The notes under the pieces: generated by a model
The model's database searches: none
What the model saw: the letters and a program-made list of their open reading frames with translations, nothing else
What the model was told of the DNA's origin: nothing
Source of the DNA: Candidatus Entotheonellaceae bacterium
GTDB lineage: Bacteria; Tectomicrobia; Entotheonellia; Entotheonellales; Entotheonellaceae
NCBI GenBank assembly: GCA_965238075.1
Contig: OZ250173.1
Coordinates: forward strand, 2,336,001 to 2,400,000
Length of the DNA: 64,000 nucleotides
Direction: 5' to 3'
Program-made: the position numbers and the translations under genes
Shown here: positions 48,025 to 57,396 of the stretch, piece after piece
Position numbering within the stretch: position 1 is the stretch's first letter
Layout of the letters: every line of letters begins with the position of its first letter

Positions 48025-48822
48025 CTACCAAGGGGTTCGACGATATTTGGCAAAATCCGGCTGGCGTTTTTCGAGGAATGACGTGCGCCCCTCGGTGGCC
48101 TCCTCGCTCGTGTAGAAGAGGCTGGTGGCGCCATGCGCCAGGGCTTGCAGGCCGTAGCCGTGGTCGGTGTCGGCGTTGAAGCCGGCCTTCATGAAGCGGA
48201 TTGCCGTCGGGCTCTTTGCCAAAATTTTACGGCACCAGATGGCCGTCTCTTCGTCCAACTGCTCGCACGGCACGACCTTGTTGACCAGCCCCATGTCGCG
48301 CGCCTCCTCGGCGCTGTACTGGTCGCACAGGTACCAGATTTCGCGCGCCTTCTTCTCGCCCACGATGCGCGCCAGATACATGGCGCCGAAGCCGGCGTCG
48401 AAACTGCCCACCTTCGGCCCCGTCTGGCCGAAAATGGCGCGCTCCGAGGCGATGGTGAGGTCGCAGATGACGTGCAGGACGTGCCCGCCGCCGATGGCAT
48501 AGCCGTCCACCTTGGCGATGACCGGCTTGGGAATTTCGCGGATCGTGCGGTGCAGGTTGCGGACCTGCAGGCGCGGCGTTCCCGACTCGTCGTTATAGCC
48601 GCCCTGGCCGCGGATTTTCTGGTCGCCGCCAGTGCAGAAGTTGCCATCCTCGCCGGTCAGCACGACTACGCCAATGCCGTCGTCGTACCAAGCGTCGTGA
48701 AACGCCTCCAGCATTTCGTCGATCGTGCGCGGGCGAAACGCGTTGAGAACCCATGGGCGGTTCATGCTCACGGTCGCTACGCCGTCTTCTTTTGTGAAAA
48801 TGATGTCTTCGAATGCTGACAT
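48025..48822 (-). CDS. menB: 1,4-dihydroxy-2-naphthoyl-CoA synthase
   Basis: [36 protein letters not shown]. Confidence 0.96.
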   Translation of the reverse strand: MSAFEDIIFTKEDGVATVSMNRPWVLNAFRPRTIDEMLEAFHDAWYDDGIGVVVLTGEDGNFCTGGDQKIRGQGGYNDESGTPRLQVRNLHRTIREIPKPVIAKVDGYAIGGGHVLHVICDLTIASERAIFGQTGPKVGSFDAGFGAMYLARIVGEKKAREIWYLCDQYSAEEARDMGLVNKVVPCEQLDEETAIWCRKILAKSPTAIRFMKAGFNADTDHGYGLQALAHGATSLFYTSEEATEGRTSFLEKRQPDFAKYRRTPW

Positions 48823-48900
48823 GTCCTACCTCATGTTCATGTGTGTGTTGTTGAAGCGATCAGTTGCAGCAAAGCATTTTCGGCTATAAACCGGCCAATG

Positions 48901-48998
48901 CCCCAAAGTGTCCTTCCGGGCTTGACCCGGAATCCAGCAACCTCTGTTCCCAGAAAAACCCTGGACTCCGGCTTTCGTCGGAGTGACGCAGACTCAAC
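48901..48998. repeat. Family-B palindromic repeat, copy 2
   Basis: gtccttccgggcttgacccggaatccag...ctggactccggctttcgtcggagtgacgcagactcaa. Confidence 0.8.
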
Positions 48999-48999
48999 C

Positions 49000-49692
49000 C
49001 TAATCCGGTCGGATGGCGCGGTAGATATACACCACGCCGCCCGTCAGGGGCCGGGCCTGCATGTCGGTGAAATTCTGCTCCCGCATGGCCTGTATGAAAC
49101 GGGCGCCGGCGGGAAAGACCGCCGCCGTGCGGGGCAGGTAAGCGTAGGCTTCCGAGTGCCCCGACAGCCAACCGCCGATGCGCGGCAGCAGGCGGCGCGA
49201 GTAGAAGCGGTACAGGGGCCCGAAAACGGCGCCCTGCGGCTGACCAAATTCCAGCACCACGGCCACCCCGCCAGGACGCAGCACGCGGTACATCTCGCCC
49301 AAGGCCGTGGCCAGGCAATTGACGTTGCGCAGGCCGAAGGCGACGCTTGCCGCGTCAAAGGAGGCGTCGCAGAAGGGCAGACGCTGCGCGTCGGCAAGGA
49401 CAAAGGTAATGGGTGCCCGGTGCCGAGCGGCCTTGCGCCGGCCCTGCGCCAGCATGGCGTCGCAGAAGTCGGTGGCAACGACCCGTCCATCCCGCCCGGC
49501 GCGCCGGGCAAAGGCCAGTGCGAGGTCCGCAGTGCCGCTGCACAGGTCCAGGACGGTCGCGCCACGCCGCACGCCGCTCGCCGTCACCGTCTGGCGTCGC
49601 CAATAATGATGCAGCCCCAGGCTCAACACGCTGTTGAGCCTGTCGTATCGCCCGGCGATGGCGGCGAACATGTCCTGTACGGTCTCTTCCAT
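49000..49692 (-). CDS. menG: Demethylmenaquinone methyltransferase (MenG/UbiE)
   Basis: YDRLN, LDLCSGTAD, AFGLRNV, AYAYLP; adjacent to menB/menA. Confidence 0.88.
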   Translation of the reverse strand: MEETVQDMFAAIAGRYDRLNSVLSLGLHHYWRRQTVTASGVRRGATVLDLCSGTADLALAFARRAGRDGRVVATDFCDAMLAQGRRKAARHRAPITFVLADAQRLPFCDASFDAASVAFGLRNVNCLATALGEMYRVLRPGGVAVVLEFGQPQGAVFGPLYRFYSRRLLPRIGGWLSGHSEAYAYLPRTAAVFPAGARFIQAMREQNFTDMQARPLTGGVVYIYRAIRPD

Positions 49693-49818
49693 ACGCCTCC
49701 TACGCTTGCGGACGGTGCGCAATCCCCCATGGCTCGATGCTTGCGACAACGGATATTATTCAGTATATGGAGCGGGTCGGCAATCACCTGTTCGCACGCA
49801 AAACTTGGGAGTAACGCG

Positions 49819-50187
49819 ATGACCTCAGCATGGTGCCTGCGGCTGGCCGCAGTGAGCGGTTTTCTCGTGGTTGCCCTGGGAGCTTTCGGCGCCCACGGGC
49901 TCAAGGCCATCCTGCAACGGTATGAAACCCTGGAGACGTGGCAGACGGCGGTGTTTTACCATGCGCTTCACACGCTGGTCCTGCTTGCGCTGGCGGCATA
50001 CCCCGGTATTAGCAAGGGCGTCGTCATCAGCTTCGTGTTCGGCATCTTGGTGTTTAGCGGCAGCCTGTACCTGCTGGCGGTGACCAACGTGCGCTGGCTG
50101 GGCGCCGTGACTCCTGTCGGCGGTGCAGGTCTGCTGGTCGGGTGGGCGTGGCTGTTCATCGCCGCGGGCGCGAAAATGCAGGGATAG
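49819..50187 (+). CDS. DUF423 (YgdD/TMEM256) membrane protein
   Basis: GAFGAHGL, FSGSLYLL, GAVTPVGG. Confidence 0.9.
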   Translation: MTSAWCLRLAAVSGFLVVALGAFGAHGLKAILQRYETLETWQTAVFYHALHTLVLLALAAYPGISKGVVISFVFGILVFSGSLYLLAVTNVRWLGAVTPVGGAGLLVGWAWLFIAAGAKMQG

Positions 50188-50212
50188 GCGCCGCTTGGCG
50201 CGCCGATGGGCG

Positions 50213-50221
50213 TGATATAAT
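50213..50221 (+). promoter_or_regulatory. Extended -10 promoter
   Basis: TGaTATAAT upstream of the GNAT gene. Confidence 0.55.
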
Positions 50222-50264
50222 CCGTCATCCTGCATTCTCTTTCCTCCGTTAGGAATTCTCTCTC

Positions 50265-51092
50265 ATGCCCTCGTATCGCTTTTGCCGTCCGGACGATCTG
50301 GAATTGATCGTGCGGGCGATCAATCAATGCTGCCGCATCCACGAGACGGACACGCCGGAGATGACCGAGGAGCGGTTAAAGGCGCACATGACGCTGTTTG
50401 CCGTGCGCCCTGGCAATTGCATGGTGGCGCTCGAACGGCAGCAGCCGGTGGCGGCGGTCATCAGCACGCGGCGTGAGGCGTGTGCGTGGATCCAGACCCT
50501 GGGCTGCCAGCCGGCCTTTCAGCGCCGCGGCGTCGCCTCCCAGCTTGTCGAGGCGCTGGTTCGTAAAATCGCCATCCAGCGCACCCAAGACATTACGGTA
50601 GACGTTCCCGAAGATAACGACGCGGCGCTGCAATTCTTCCAGGCCGTTGGCTTCGAGGAGCGTGGGCGTTTCGTCACCCTGGAGGGCAAGCCGGACAGCC
50701 CAGGCGACCTGACTGGAGAAGTCGTCCAGACGCCGGCGGCGGAGTTGCTGAATTCCTACGAGGCGTTCCACGCTTTTCCGGCGTGCTGGGAGCGCAGTGC
50801 TGATTCCCTGGCCGGCTATGGCGAGTTGATACAGGGCTATGCCTATCGTGAAGACGGCGCGATGCGGGGCTACCTGCTGCATCAGGGCGCAACGATTCTG
50901 GACCTCGCCTGCGCGCCCGACGCAGACGCGGGTCGGGTAAGCGCCATCTTGCTGGGCCACTTGCATGCCGATGGCACGTCACCGGTCTCGCTTCCCAAGG
51001 TGAATGTGGCCGACCCGTTGTTCGATATCCTGCAGCAGCAGAGCCTGAAGCCCGCGCGCAGCTATCGCCTGATGGGGCAGAAGCTGTCCTGA
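50265..51092 (+). CDS. Tandem GNAT acetyltransferase
   Basis: QRRGVAS motif A, N..A..FF...GF motif B; degenerate second domain. Confidence 0.8.
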   Translation: MPSYRFCRPDDLELIVRAINQCCRIHETDTPEMTEERLKAHMTLFAVRPGNCMVALERQQPVAAVISTRREACAWIQTLGCQPAFQRRGVASQLVEALVRKIAIQRTQDITVDVPEDNDAALQFFQAVGFEERGRFVTLEGKPDSPGDLTGEVVQTPAAELLNSYEAFHAFPACWERSADSLAGYGELIQGYAYREDGAMRGYLLHQGATILDLACAPDADAGRVSAILLGHLHADGTSPVSLPKVNVADPLFDILQQQSLKPARSYRLMGQKLS

Positions 51093-51131
51093 GGTGCTTC
51101 AACTGCCCAAATCCAAACGAAAGAGTGAGTC

Positions 51132-51536
51132 ATGAATGGAACGACGACACGCCCTGTCATCCTGGAGGATCTGATCGAACGGATCGCATTTGAGGCGTTC
51201 GACATCGGCATTTTCACGATTTACACCAACACCGGGCGCGCCTTGCAGCGGCCGGTCAAAGACCAGTATCCGCATCTCGTGGCAGTTGGGCGGGTCAGTC
51301 AGAAGGTCGAGATTGTCGGCATGGTGGAAACCGACGAGAGTCTGCACGACCTCACTGCCGCGATGCGGCGCTGGCGTGCCCTGGACCATCTGCAAGCTGT
51401 CGCCTACCTGTACGTTCCCAAAGGCCGCGGCGCCGACGCGCGTACGCTGTGCCTGCGCGAGACCATTCGCATTTCCGATTTTCGGCACTATTGGTTCGAG
51501 GGCGAGACGCTATGCCTCGAGCGCTGCTTCGCGTGA
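51132..51536 (+). CDS. Hypothetical protein, possible degenerate PD-(D/E)XK fold
   Basis: YPHLVA...GMVETDES...W...YLYVP pattern. Confidence 0.65.
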   Translation: MNGTTTRPVILEDLIERIAFEAFDIGIFTIYTNTGRALQRPVKDQYPHLVAVGRVSQKVEIVGMVETDESLHDLTAAMRRWRALDHLQAVAYLYVPKGRGADARTLCLRETIRISDFRHYWFEGETLCLERCFA

Positions 51537-52724
51537 TGCGCAGGTCGGAGTTTCCGGGAAGTCACACGTGATGCGCTGCGTGCCTTCCAGAGCCAGTTGC
51601 AGCAGCGCAGGGGTGTCCAGCGCCTGCTCGGCCGCTTCAATGTCCGGCAGGGTCGTGCGGGTGGCGGGGCGGCGCGGCACGAACAGCGTGCAGCAATCCT
51701 GATCGGGCAGGATCGAGGTGTCATAGGTTCCGATGGCCTCGGCTTGCGCCATGATTTCGGCCTTGTCCATGCCGATAAGGGGACGCAGCACCGGCAGGCT
51801 ACTGACGGCCTCGATGACGCGCAGATTGCTGAGCGTCTGTGACGCCACCTGCCCCAGTGATTCGCCCGTCACCAACGCATGGGCGCCAAGTTTCTGTGCC
51901 AAGGCCTCGGCAATTCGCAACATGTATCGCCGGTAGAAGACGACGCGGTACGCCGCCGGCACGGCGCTCACGATGCGTTGCTGCACCTCGCCGAACGGCA
52001 CCATGCACAGTTTCGTGTGGTACTGATGCCGGGTCAGCAGGCGTGCCAGCGTGTGAGCCTTGCGCTGAGAGGTGCGATCCAGGAACGGGTAGCTGTGAAA
52101 GTGGACGACGTGCACCTGGCAGCCCCGCTTCATCATCCGGTAAGCGGCTACCGGCGAGTCCAGCCCCCCCGACAACAACCCCAGCAGCGTGCCGCCCGTG
52201 CCCACGGGCAAGCCGCCCGCCCCAGCCAGTTTTTCCACGTAAATCAACGTCCGCCGCGGGATCACCTCGACGTGGACAACCAACTCCGGGTTCTTCAAAT
52301 CCACCCGCGTGGCGTGGGTCTCCAGCACGTGGGTGCCGAGGGTGCGGCTGATCTCCTGCGATCCCCACGGCAGTTCCTTGAACGCCCGCCGCGCCGTGAT
52401 GCGGAAACTGCCAAAGGTGCGGCCATGCAGGGCGCGGCTGACGGCCTGCTTGACGGCTTCGAGGTCGTGCGACGCCGTCCAGCAGCGTGAGAAATTGGCT
52501 ACGCCGAAGACCTCCCGAAGCCGCTGCTCAAGTTGCTCCCAGGGAATTTTCTCCGACGCGGTCAGCAGTAGCCGCCCCGATTGCTGCTCGACGGAACCCT
52601 CGCCTAACGAACTGAGCGCTTGATGTAGGTTTCGCATCAGCGCGTGCAGAAAAACAGGCCGGTTCCTGCCCTTGAGGCCCAACTCGCCGTAATGCACAAC
52701 AATGTGGTGTCGCGTATCGTCCAT
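51510..52724 (-). CDS. thiI: tRNA 4-thiouridine synthase (no rhodanese domain)
   Basis: YGELGLKGRNR, THUMP, GGLPVG, SGGLDS, TGESLGQVASQT, DCC. Confidence 0.95.
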   Translation of the reverse strand: MDDTRHHIVVHYGELGLKGRNRPVFLHALMRNLHQALSSLGEGSVEQQSGRLLLTASEKIPWEQLEQRLREVFGVANFSRCWTASHDLEAVKQAVSRALHGRTFGSFRITARRAFKELPWGSQEISRTLGTHVLETHATRVDLKNPELVVHVEVIPRRTLIYVEKLAGAGGLPVGTGGTLLGLLSGGLDSPVAAYRMMKRGCQVHVVHFHSYPFLDRTSQRKAHTLARLLTRHQYHTKLCMVPFGEVQQRIVSAVPAAYRVVFYRRYMLRIAEALAQKLGAHALVTGESLGQVASQTLSNLRVIEAVSSLPVLRPLIGMDKAEIMAQAEAIGTYDTSILPDQDCCTLFVPRRPATRTTLPDIEAAEQALDTPALLQLALEGTQRITCDFPETPTCASREAALEA

Positions 52725-52930
52725 GAAATGTCCCTAACGCCTACCCTGTTCGGTTATAACAGGCCGTGCGATGGAAGGGGTGATAGAGGGCGCGTGGGTC
52801 AAAATTCCCTTGCGTTCCGGGGGTAAACCATCGCATTGTGACGGTTCCGTTGCAGCTCCGTTCGACGCCCCCGCTGGGCGTCAATTCCGGCTCCCGTCAA
52901 GTATTCTCTGACTCCTGAGGAGTTTGATTC

Positions 52931-54073
52931 ATGACCTTCGATGTTGAACAAGTTGATTCTGTTTTGCGGACGACCCGAGCGGTGCGGCGGCGGCTCGATC
53001 TCGAGCGTCCGGTTCCCGACGAGATCATTCTGCAGTGCGTTGACTTGGCCGAACAAGCGCCCTCCGGCGCGAATATCGCCAGCCGCCGCTGGCTGGTCAT
53101 CCGCGACGCCGAGGTTAAGGCCAAGATCGCCGAGTTGTACCGCATGGCCGGGGGGGCCAATATCATTCAGGCTGCTCAGCAACTCAAGGGCACCGGCTCG
53201 CACCGCGAACACACCGCGGCATCGAGTGCCTACCTGGCGCAGAACATGGAGCGCGTGCCGGCCCTGGTCATCCCGTCGATCTGGGGCGAGCACGACGGCA
53301 GCGGGCGTCCGGGGCTGTTCGACTCCGTCATCCAATCGGCCTGGAGTTTTTGTTTAGCGCTGCGCGCCCGCGGCCTTGGGACCGCGTGGACCACGATGAT
53401 CTTTGGCAAGCGCGAGGAACTCGTTGACATCCTGGGCATTCCCAAGGGCGTGACGCCCATTGTACTGTTGCCCGTGGCCTGGACGATCGGCACCGATTTC
53501 AAACCCACCGCCCGGCGACCGGCCGCTCAGATTACCTGGTTTGATCACTGGGGTCATACCCATGCCCAGCCTTTTGATGGCGACATCCTGGCCGCGCAAC
53601 CCGGCGTGACCGTCGAGGTTAACGTGGAGGCGCCGCCGCAGCGCCTCTGGGACCTGATCAGCGACGTCACGCTCCCAGCCCGCTTCAGCGACGAGTTTCA
53701 AGGCGCCGAATGGCTCGACGGCGACGGCCCGCGCGTGGGTGCGCGCTTCGTGGGGCGCAACAGCATGGGCGACCGGCAGTGGGAAACCACCTCGCACGTT
53801 GTCGCCTGCGAAGCACCCCGCCTTTTCGCCTGGAACGTCAGCGACGCCGAGCAGCCGAGCGCACAGTGGCGCTTCGAGTTGGACCGCGTTGGCGACTCCA
53901 CCCGCTTGCGCCAGTGCATGGCGATGGGGCCCGGCCTCTCCGGTACCACCCGAGCAATGCAGCAAGACCCCGACAATGCCATGCAGATTCTCACCGCGCG
54001 CCGCGCGACGTTGCGCCGCAATATGGAATTGACCGTTCAGGGGATCAAGCAACTGGCAGAGTCGGAGAAATGA
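52931..54073 (+). CDS. Nitroreductase fused to an SRPBCC/START-like domain
   Basis: TTRAVRRRLD, QAPSGAN, LRARGLGTAW; then LWDLISD...FVGRN...FAW...WRFEL. Confidence 0.85.
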   Translation: MTFDVEQVDSVLRTTRAVRRRLDLERPVPDEIILQCVDLAEQAPSGANIASRRWLVIRDAEVKAKIAELYRMAGGANIIQAAQQLKGTGSHREHTAASSAYLAQNMERVPALVIPSIWGEHDGSGRPGLFDSVIQSAWSFCLALRARGLGTAWTTMIFGKREELVDILGIPKGVTPIVLLPVAWTIGTDFKPTARRPAAQITWFDHWGHTHAQPFDGDILAAQPGVTVEVNVEAPPQRLWDLISDVTLPARFSDEFQGAEWLDGDGPRVGARFVGRNSMGDRQWETTSHVVACEAPRLFAWNVSDAEQPSAQWRFELDRVGDSTRLRQCMAMGPGLSGTTRAMQQDPDNAMQILTARRATLRRNMELTVQGIKQLAESEK

Positions 54074-54076
54074 CCC

Positions 54077-54116
54077 GCAGGTCGGATTACGGCTTCGATA
54101 GCGTCATCTGACCTAT
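54077..54116. repeat. Family-A REP-like hairpin, copy 3, between convergent genes
   Basis: aggtcggattacggcttcg...atctgacct. Confidence 0.6.
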
Positions 54117-54121
54117 CCCGC

Positions 54122-55279
54122 CTATGCTCCCCGCAAAGGCCGGAAGAAGGCCCGGATGTCCTGCGCCAGCGTTTCCGGCTGTTCAAAGGCCGCAAAGTGG
54201 CCGCCGCGCGGCATTTCCGACCATTGCTGCAGATTGAAGAACCGCTCAGCCCACTCGCGCGGCGGCCGGCTGATCTCCTTGGGAAACCGCGCCACGGCGC
54301 ACGGCACGTCGATACCCTGCCCGGGCTGAATGATCCACGGATTGTGCTGGTTCTCGTAGTAGATGCGGGTGGAGGAGTTGATCGTCTGCGTGGCCCAGTA
54401 GATTGTAATCGTCGTCAGTAGTTCGTCCTTGCTGAAACACCGTTCCACGTCTCCATCGCAGTCGCTCCAACTGCGCCACTTTTCGACGATCCAGGCGGCC
54501 AGCGCGGCGGGGGAATCGTTGAGGCCATACGACAGGGTCTGCGGCTTGGTTCCCTGGATGTGGGCGTATCCGCCTTCCTCAAGTTGCCAATGCGCCCGCG
54601 TCTCCAGAAAGGTGCGCTCCGCGGTTGTCAGGTCGCGCATGCCCGGCTGCCAGCCGGTAGGTACGCCGGACACCGAGGTGGTGTGGATGCCGATCACCTG
54701 GCTTCGGTAGGAAAAGCCCAAGCGTGCCGTTACACCCGCCCCCCAGTCGCCGCCGTGGGCGCCGTAGCGGCTGTAGCCGAGCGCCGTTGTCATAAGCTGC
54801 GCCCACAGGTCGGCGATCCGCGCCACGTTGATGCCGCGCGTGCCGGTAATGTCGGAAAACCCATAGCCCGGCAGTGACGGCGCCACCACGTCGAAGGCGT
54901 CTTGCGGGTCCCCGCCGTGGGCCGCCGGATCGGTGAGCAGGGGGATGATCTTGGACATCTCGAAGACGGTGCTCGGCCACCCGTGTGTGATGACCAGCGG
55001 CAACGGCGCAGGACCCTTGCCCTTTTCGTGGATGAAGTGAATCCCCATGCCGTCGACCGTGGTGCGGAAGTGCGCAAAGCGGTTCAGGGCCTCTTCTTGG
55101 GCGCGCCAGTCAAACCCATTCTGCCAATACGCCACGAGCTCCTTGACGTATGCCAGATTGGAACCGTAATCCCATCCCGTGTGCGGGAGTTCCCCCGGCC
55201 AGCGTGTGCGGGCGAGGCGCTCGCGCAGGTCCTGTAGCGTTTCGTCGGCAACGTGAACGGTGAAGGGTTGCACGCTCAT
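54122..55279 (-). CDS. Epoxide hydrolase (microsomal-type alpha/beta hydrolase)
   Basis: EHN N-terminus, HGWP, GGDWG nucleophile, GGHFAA. Confidence 0.92.
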   Translation of the reverse strand: MSVQPFTVHVADETLQDLRERLARTRWPGELPHTGWDYGSNLAYVKELVAYWQNGFDWRAQEEALNRFAHFRTTVDGMGIHFIHEKGKGPAPLPLVITHGWPSTVFEMSKIIPLLTDPAAHGGDPQDAFDVVAPSLPGYGFSDITGTRGINVARIADLWAQLMTTALGYSRYGAHGGDWGAGVTARLGFSYRSQVIGIHTTSVSGVPTGWQPGMRDLTTAERTFLETRAHWQLEEGGYAHIQGTKPQTLSYGLNDSPAALAAWIVEKWRSWSDCDGDVERCFSKDELLTTITIYWATQTINSSTRIYYENQHNPWIIQPGQGIDVPCAVARFPKEISRPPREWAERFFNLQQWSEMPRGGHFAAFEQPETLAQDIRAFFRPLRGA

Positions 55280-55404
55280 CCTGATGGGTCCTCCTTGATA
55301 CGCAACTGCGCGCGTGGGTCGATGGGGCTTTCATGCCTGCGGTGGGCGCCCATGTTACGCGCCGAAATGGTTGCAAACAAGCGCCAAGCGCCGCCCTGCA
55401 TGGG

Positions 55405-55785
55405 CTACCAAATGCCCTCTGCCGGGTACGCTTCGTCCTCGCCGGGCCACGGCGGCATGCTGACGCCGACCGCCGCCAACGCCTCATCACCGTCGTTTCT
55501 GAACTGGAAGCGGGTACCCGCCGGGATGGTAATCGACACCCCTTCAAACACCTCGATGATTTCCTCGTCCGCCCCTTGCTTGCGCCAAAACCGACCCCGC
55601 CCCGCCAGGAAATACCACACCTCCTCGATGCGGTGATGGGCCACCGCCTGCGACACCTGCCCGGGCGGAAGCGAAAAATGCGCCATGCTGCCGCGCGCCC
55701 CACTGCACAAAACACGCACCTCGGAACCGTCGGGCGCCAACGCGTCCACTGCCGACGGCAGCCGTTTGGTCTCGAACCGTCCCAT
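55405..55785 (-). CDS. Cupin domain protein
   Basis: APDGSEVR, H..IEEVWY, IPAGTRFQFRN, MPPWPG; GGAGG RBS. Confidence 0.85.
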   Translation of the reverse strand: MGRFETKRLPSAVDALAPDGSEVRVLCSGARGSMAHFSLPPGQVSQAVAHHRIEEVWYFLAGRGRFWRKQGADEEIIEVFEGVSITIPAGTRFQFRNDGDEALAAVGVSMPPWPGEDEAYPAEGIW

Positions 55786-55956
55786 GCGTCCTCCTCCATT
55801 CATCGTGTTGCCATTGCGCAAACACCGTAGCCCGCGTCCCACATGGTTAATCCTCGCCCATAGTCACCCGACCACCCCGAAATCCGGTTGAAGCAAAGGT
55901 GCCGAGTGTGATAGGGTGGCGCCGCAATTGGCCATCTTCCAAGTGCAGGAGAAACG

Positions 55957-56298
55957 ATGATTACGTACAGATGTGTCGTACAAGAGGGTTGCGTCCCCCT
56001 CGACATCCGACCCCGTCTCGTCTCCGGCTTGGCGGGCATAACGGCCGAGGTTCTGGGTGCGGCTCCGGATGACGTGCAGGTTGAATTCAACGAGATACCG
56101 CACGGTGCCGGATACCGTGGCGGCGAACTTTCCACCACGTCGCTGGTACGCGGTGCTATCCCGCCGGGCTGCGAGCAGCCGGTGCGTGAGCAACTGCTGA
56201 TGAAAATATGCGACATGTGGTGTGAGGTAACGGGCTGCGGCGTTGATGAAGTCGTTGTCAACGCCAGCGATCAGGGCTACGCCCCTAATGTCTACTAA
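55957..56298 (+). CDS. Tautomerase-superfamily-like protein lacking Pro-1
   Basis: AGGAG RBS; MITYRC...VQVEFNEIP...GG; collinear with the downstream paralog. Confidence 0.65.
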   Translation: MITYRCVVQEGCVPLDIRPRLVSGLAGITAEVLGAAPDDVQVEFNEIPHGAGYRGGELSTTSLVRGAIPPGCEQPVREQLLMKICDMWCEVTGCGVDEVVVNASDQGYAPNVY

Positions 56299-56315
56299 CG
56301 AGGAAAGGACTTGTC

Positions 56316-56711
56316 ATGCCGGTGTATAATTGTATTTCATCCGCTGGTGCCGTACCCATGGACGTGCGCCCCAAAATCGCCAAAGCTTTTACGGACATCC
56401 ATTGCGACAGTACCAACGCGCCGCGCAGCTTCGTGCACGTCTTCTTCAAAGAGATCCCCGAGGGCGCCGATTCCGGCTATGACACGCCGCACTACATCGA
56501 CGCCGGCAACCGCGCCGGTCGCCCAGCAGAGGTGGTGTTGAAGCTGAAGAACGACCTGCGTCAGGCATACGCCGAGAACGCCGGTGTTTCGCTCGACCAA
56601 GTTGGCGCCCGCATTGTCGAGGGTCCGGCGCGCTGGTCGATGGAGGGTGGTCACATCCTGCCCGAACCGGGTCAGGAAGGCGCCGAGTGGTACGCCCACG
56701 CGGCCGACTAA
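56316..56711 (+). CDS. cis-CaaD-family tautomerase
   Basis: Pro1, His28, R65-A-G-R68, MEGG(E109)..LPEPG. Confidence 0.82.
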   Translation: MPVYNCISSAGAVPMDVRPKIAKAFTDIHCDSTNAPRSFVHVFFKEIPEGADSGYDTPHYIDAGNRAGRPAEVVLKLKNDLRQAYAENAGVSLDQVGARIVEGPARWSMEGGHILPEPGQEGAEWYAHAAD

Positions 56712-56849
56712 CCGCCTTGCGGGTTTGAACCGCGAACGGTTTGTCGGGCAAATGCCCGAATAGGTTTTTCAAAACGCCGCACGGGAGGTCAAGCAAACGA
56801 CCTGTCGTGCGGCGTATTTGCAGGTGAAAATCAATGGAGGGATATCTTA

Positions 56850-57182
56850 ATGGGAGCACCGTTTACGGTTACCGCCGGAAATTTTGACGCCGAAGTGTTG
56901 CAATCCGATGCGCCGGTCCTGGTTGATTTCTGGGCTCCGTGGTGCGGCCCTTGCCGCGTCATCGCGCCGGCGGTGGAAGAGTTGGCCACCGAGTACGACG
57001 GCAAGCTGAAGGTGGGCAAGCTCAACGTCGACGATCATCCTGCGATCGCGCAGAACTACGGCATCACCGGGATTCCGGCGCTGCTCTTCTTCAAGGACGG
57101 CAAGCGGGTCGATACCGTGGTGGGTGCGGTCTCCAAAAACGTCCTGCAGGAGCACGTCGACGGGGTCGTCAGGGACGCCTAA
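56850..57182 (+). CDS. trxA: Thioredoxin
   Basis: DFWAPWCGPC, IP motif. Confidence 0.96.
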   Translation: MGAPFTVTAGNFDAEVLQSDAPVLVDFWAPWCGPCRVIAPAVEELATEYDGKLKVGKLNVDDHPAIAQNYGITGIPALLFFKDGKRVDTVVGAVSKNVLQEHVDGVVRDA

Positions 57183-57207
57183 CGCATTTTCGGCAAGCTG
57201 TCCAACA

Positions 57208-57329
57208 CTCCAAAGCGTCATTCCGGGCTTGACCCCGGATCAGGTCCGGGGCAGGTTCCGGAATCCAGCGGTCTTGCTCCAGGCGAAACTTCTGGACTCC
57301 CGGCTTTTGCCGGCGTGACGCGGACTCAA
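57208..57329. repeat. Family-B palindromic repeat, copy 3, with nested extra hairpin
   Basis: gtcattccgggcttga[ccccggatcaggtccgggg]caggttccggaatccag...ctggactcc..gtgacgcggactcaa. Confidence 0.8.
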
Positions 57330-57396
57330 TTCCAAGCCGATATGATCCGAAGCGGTTCTAGTGCGGCTACTCGTCAAGCATGGCCTATCTCTCCCA

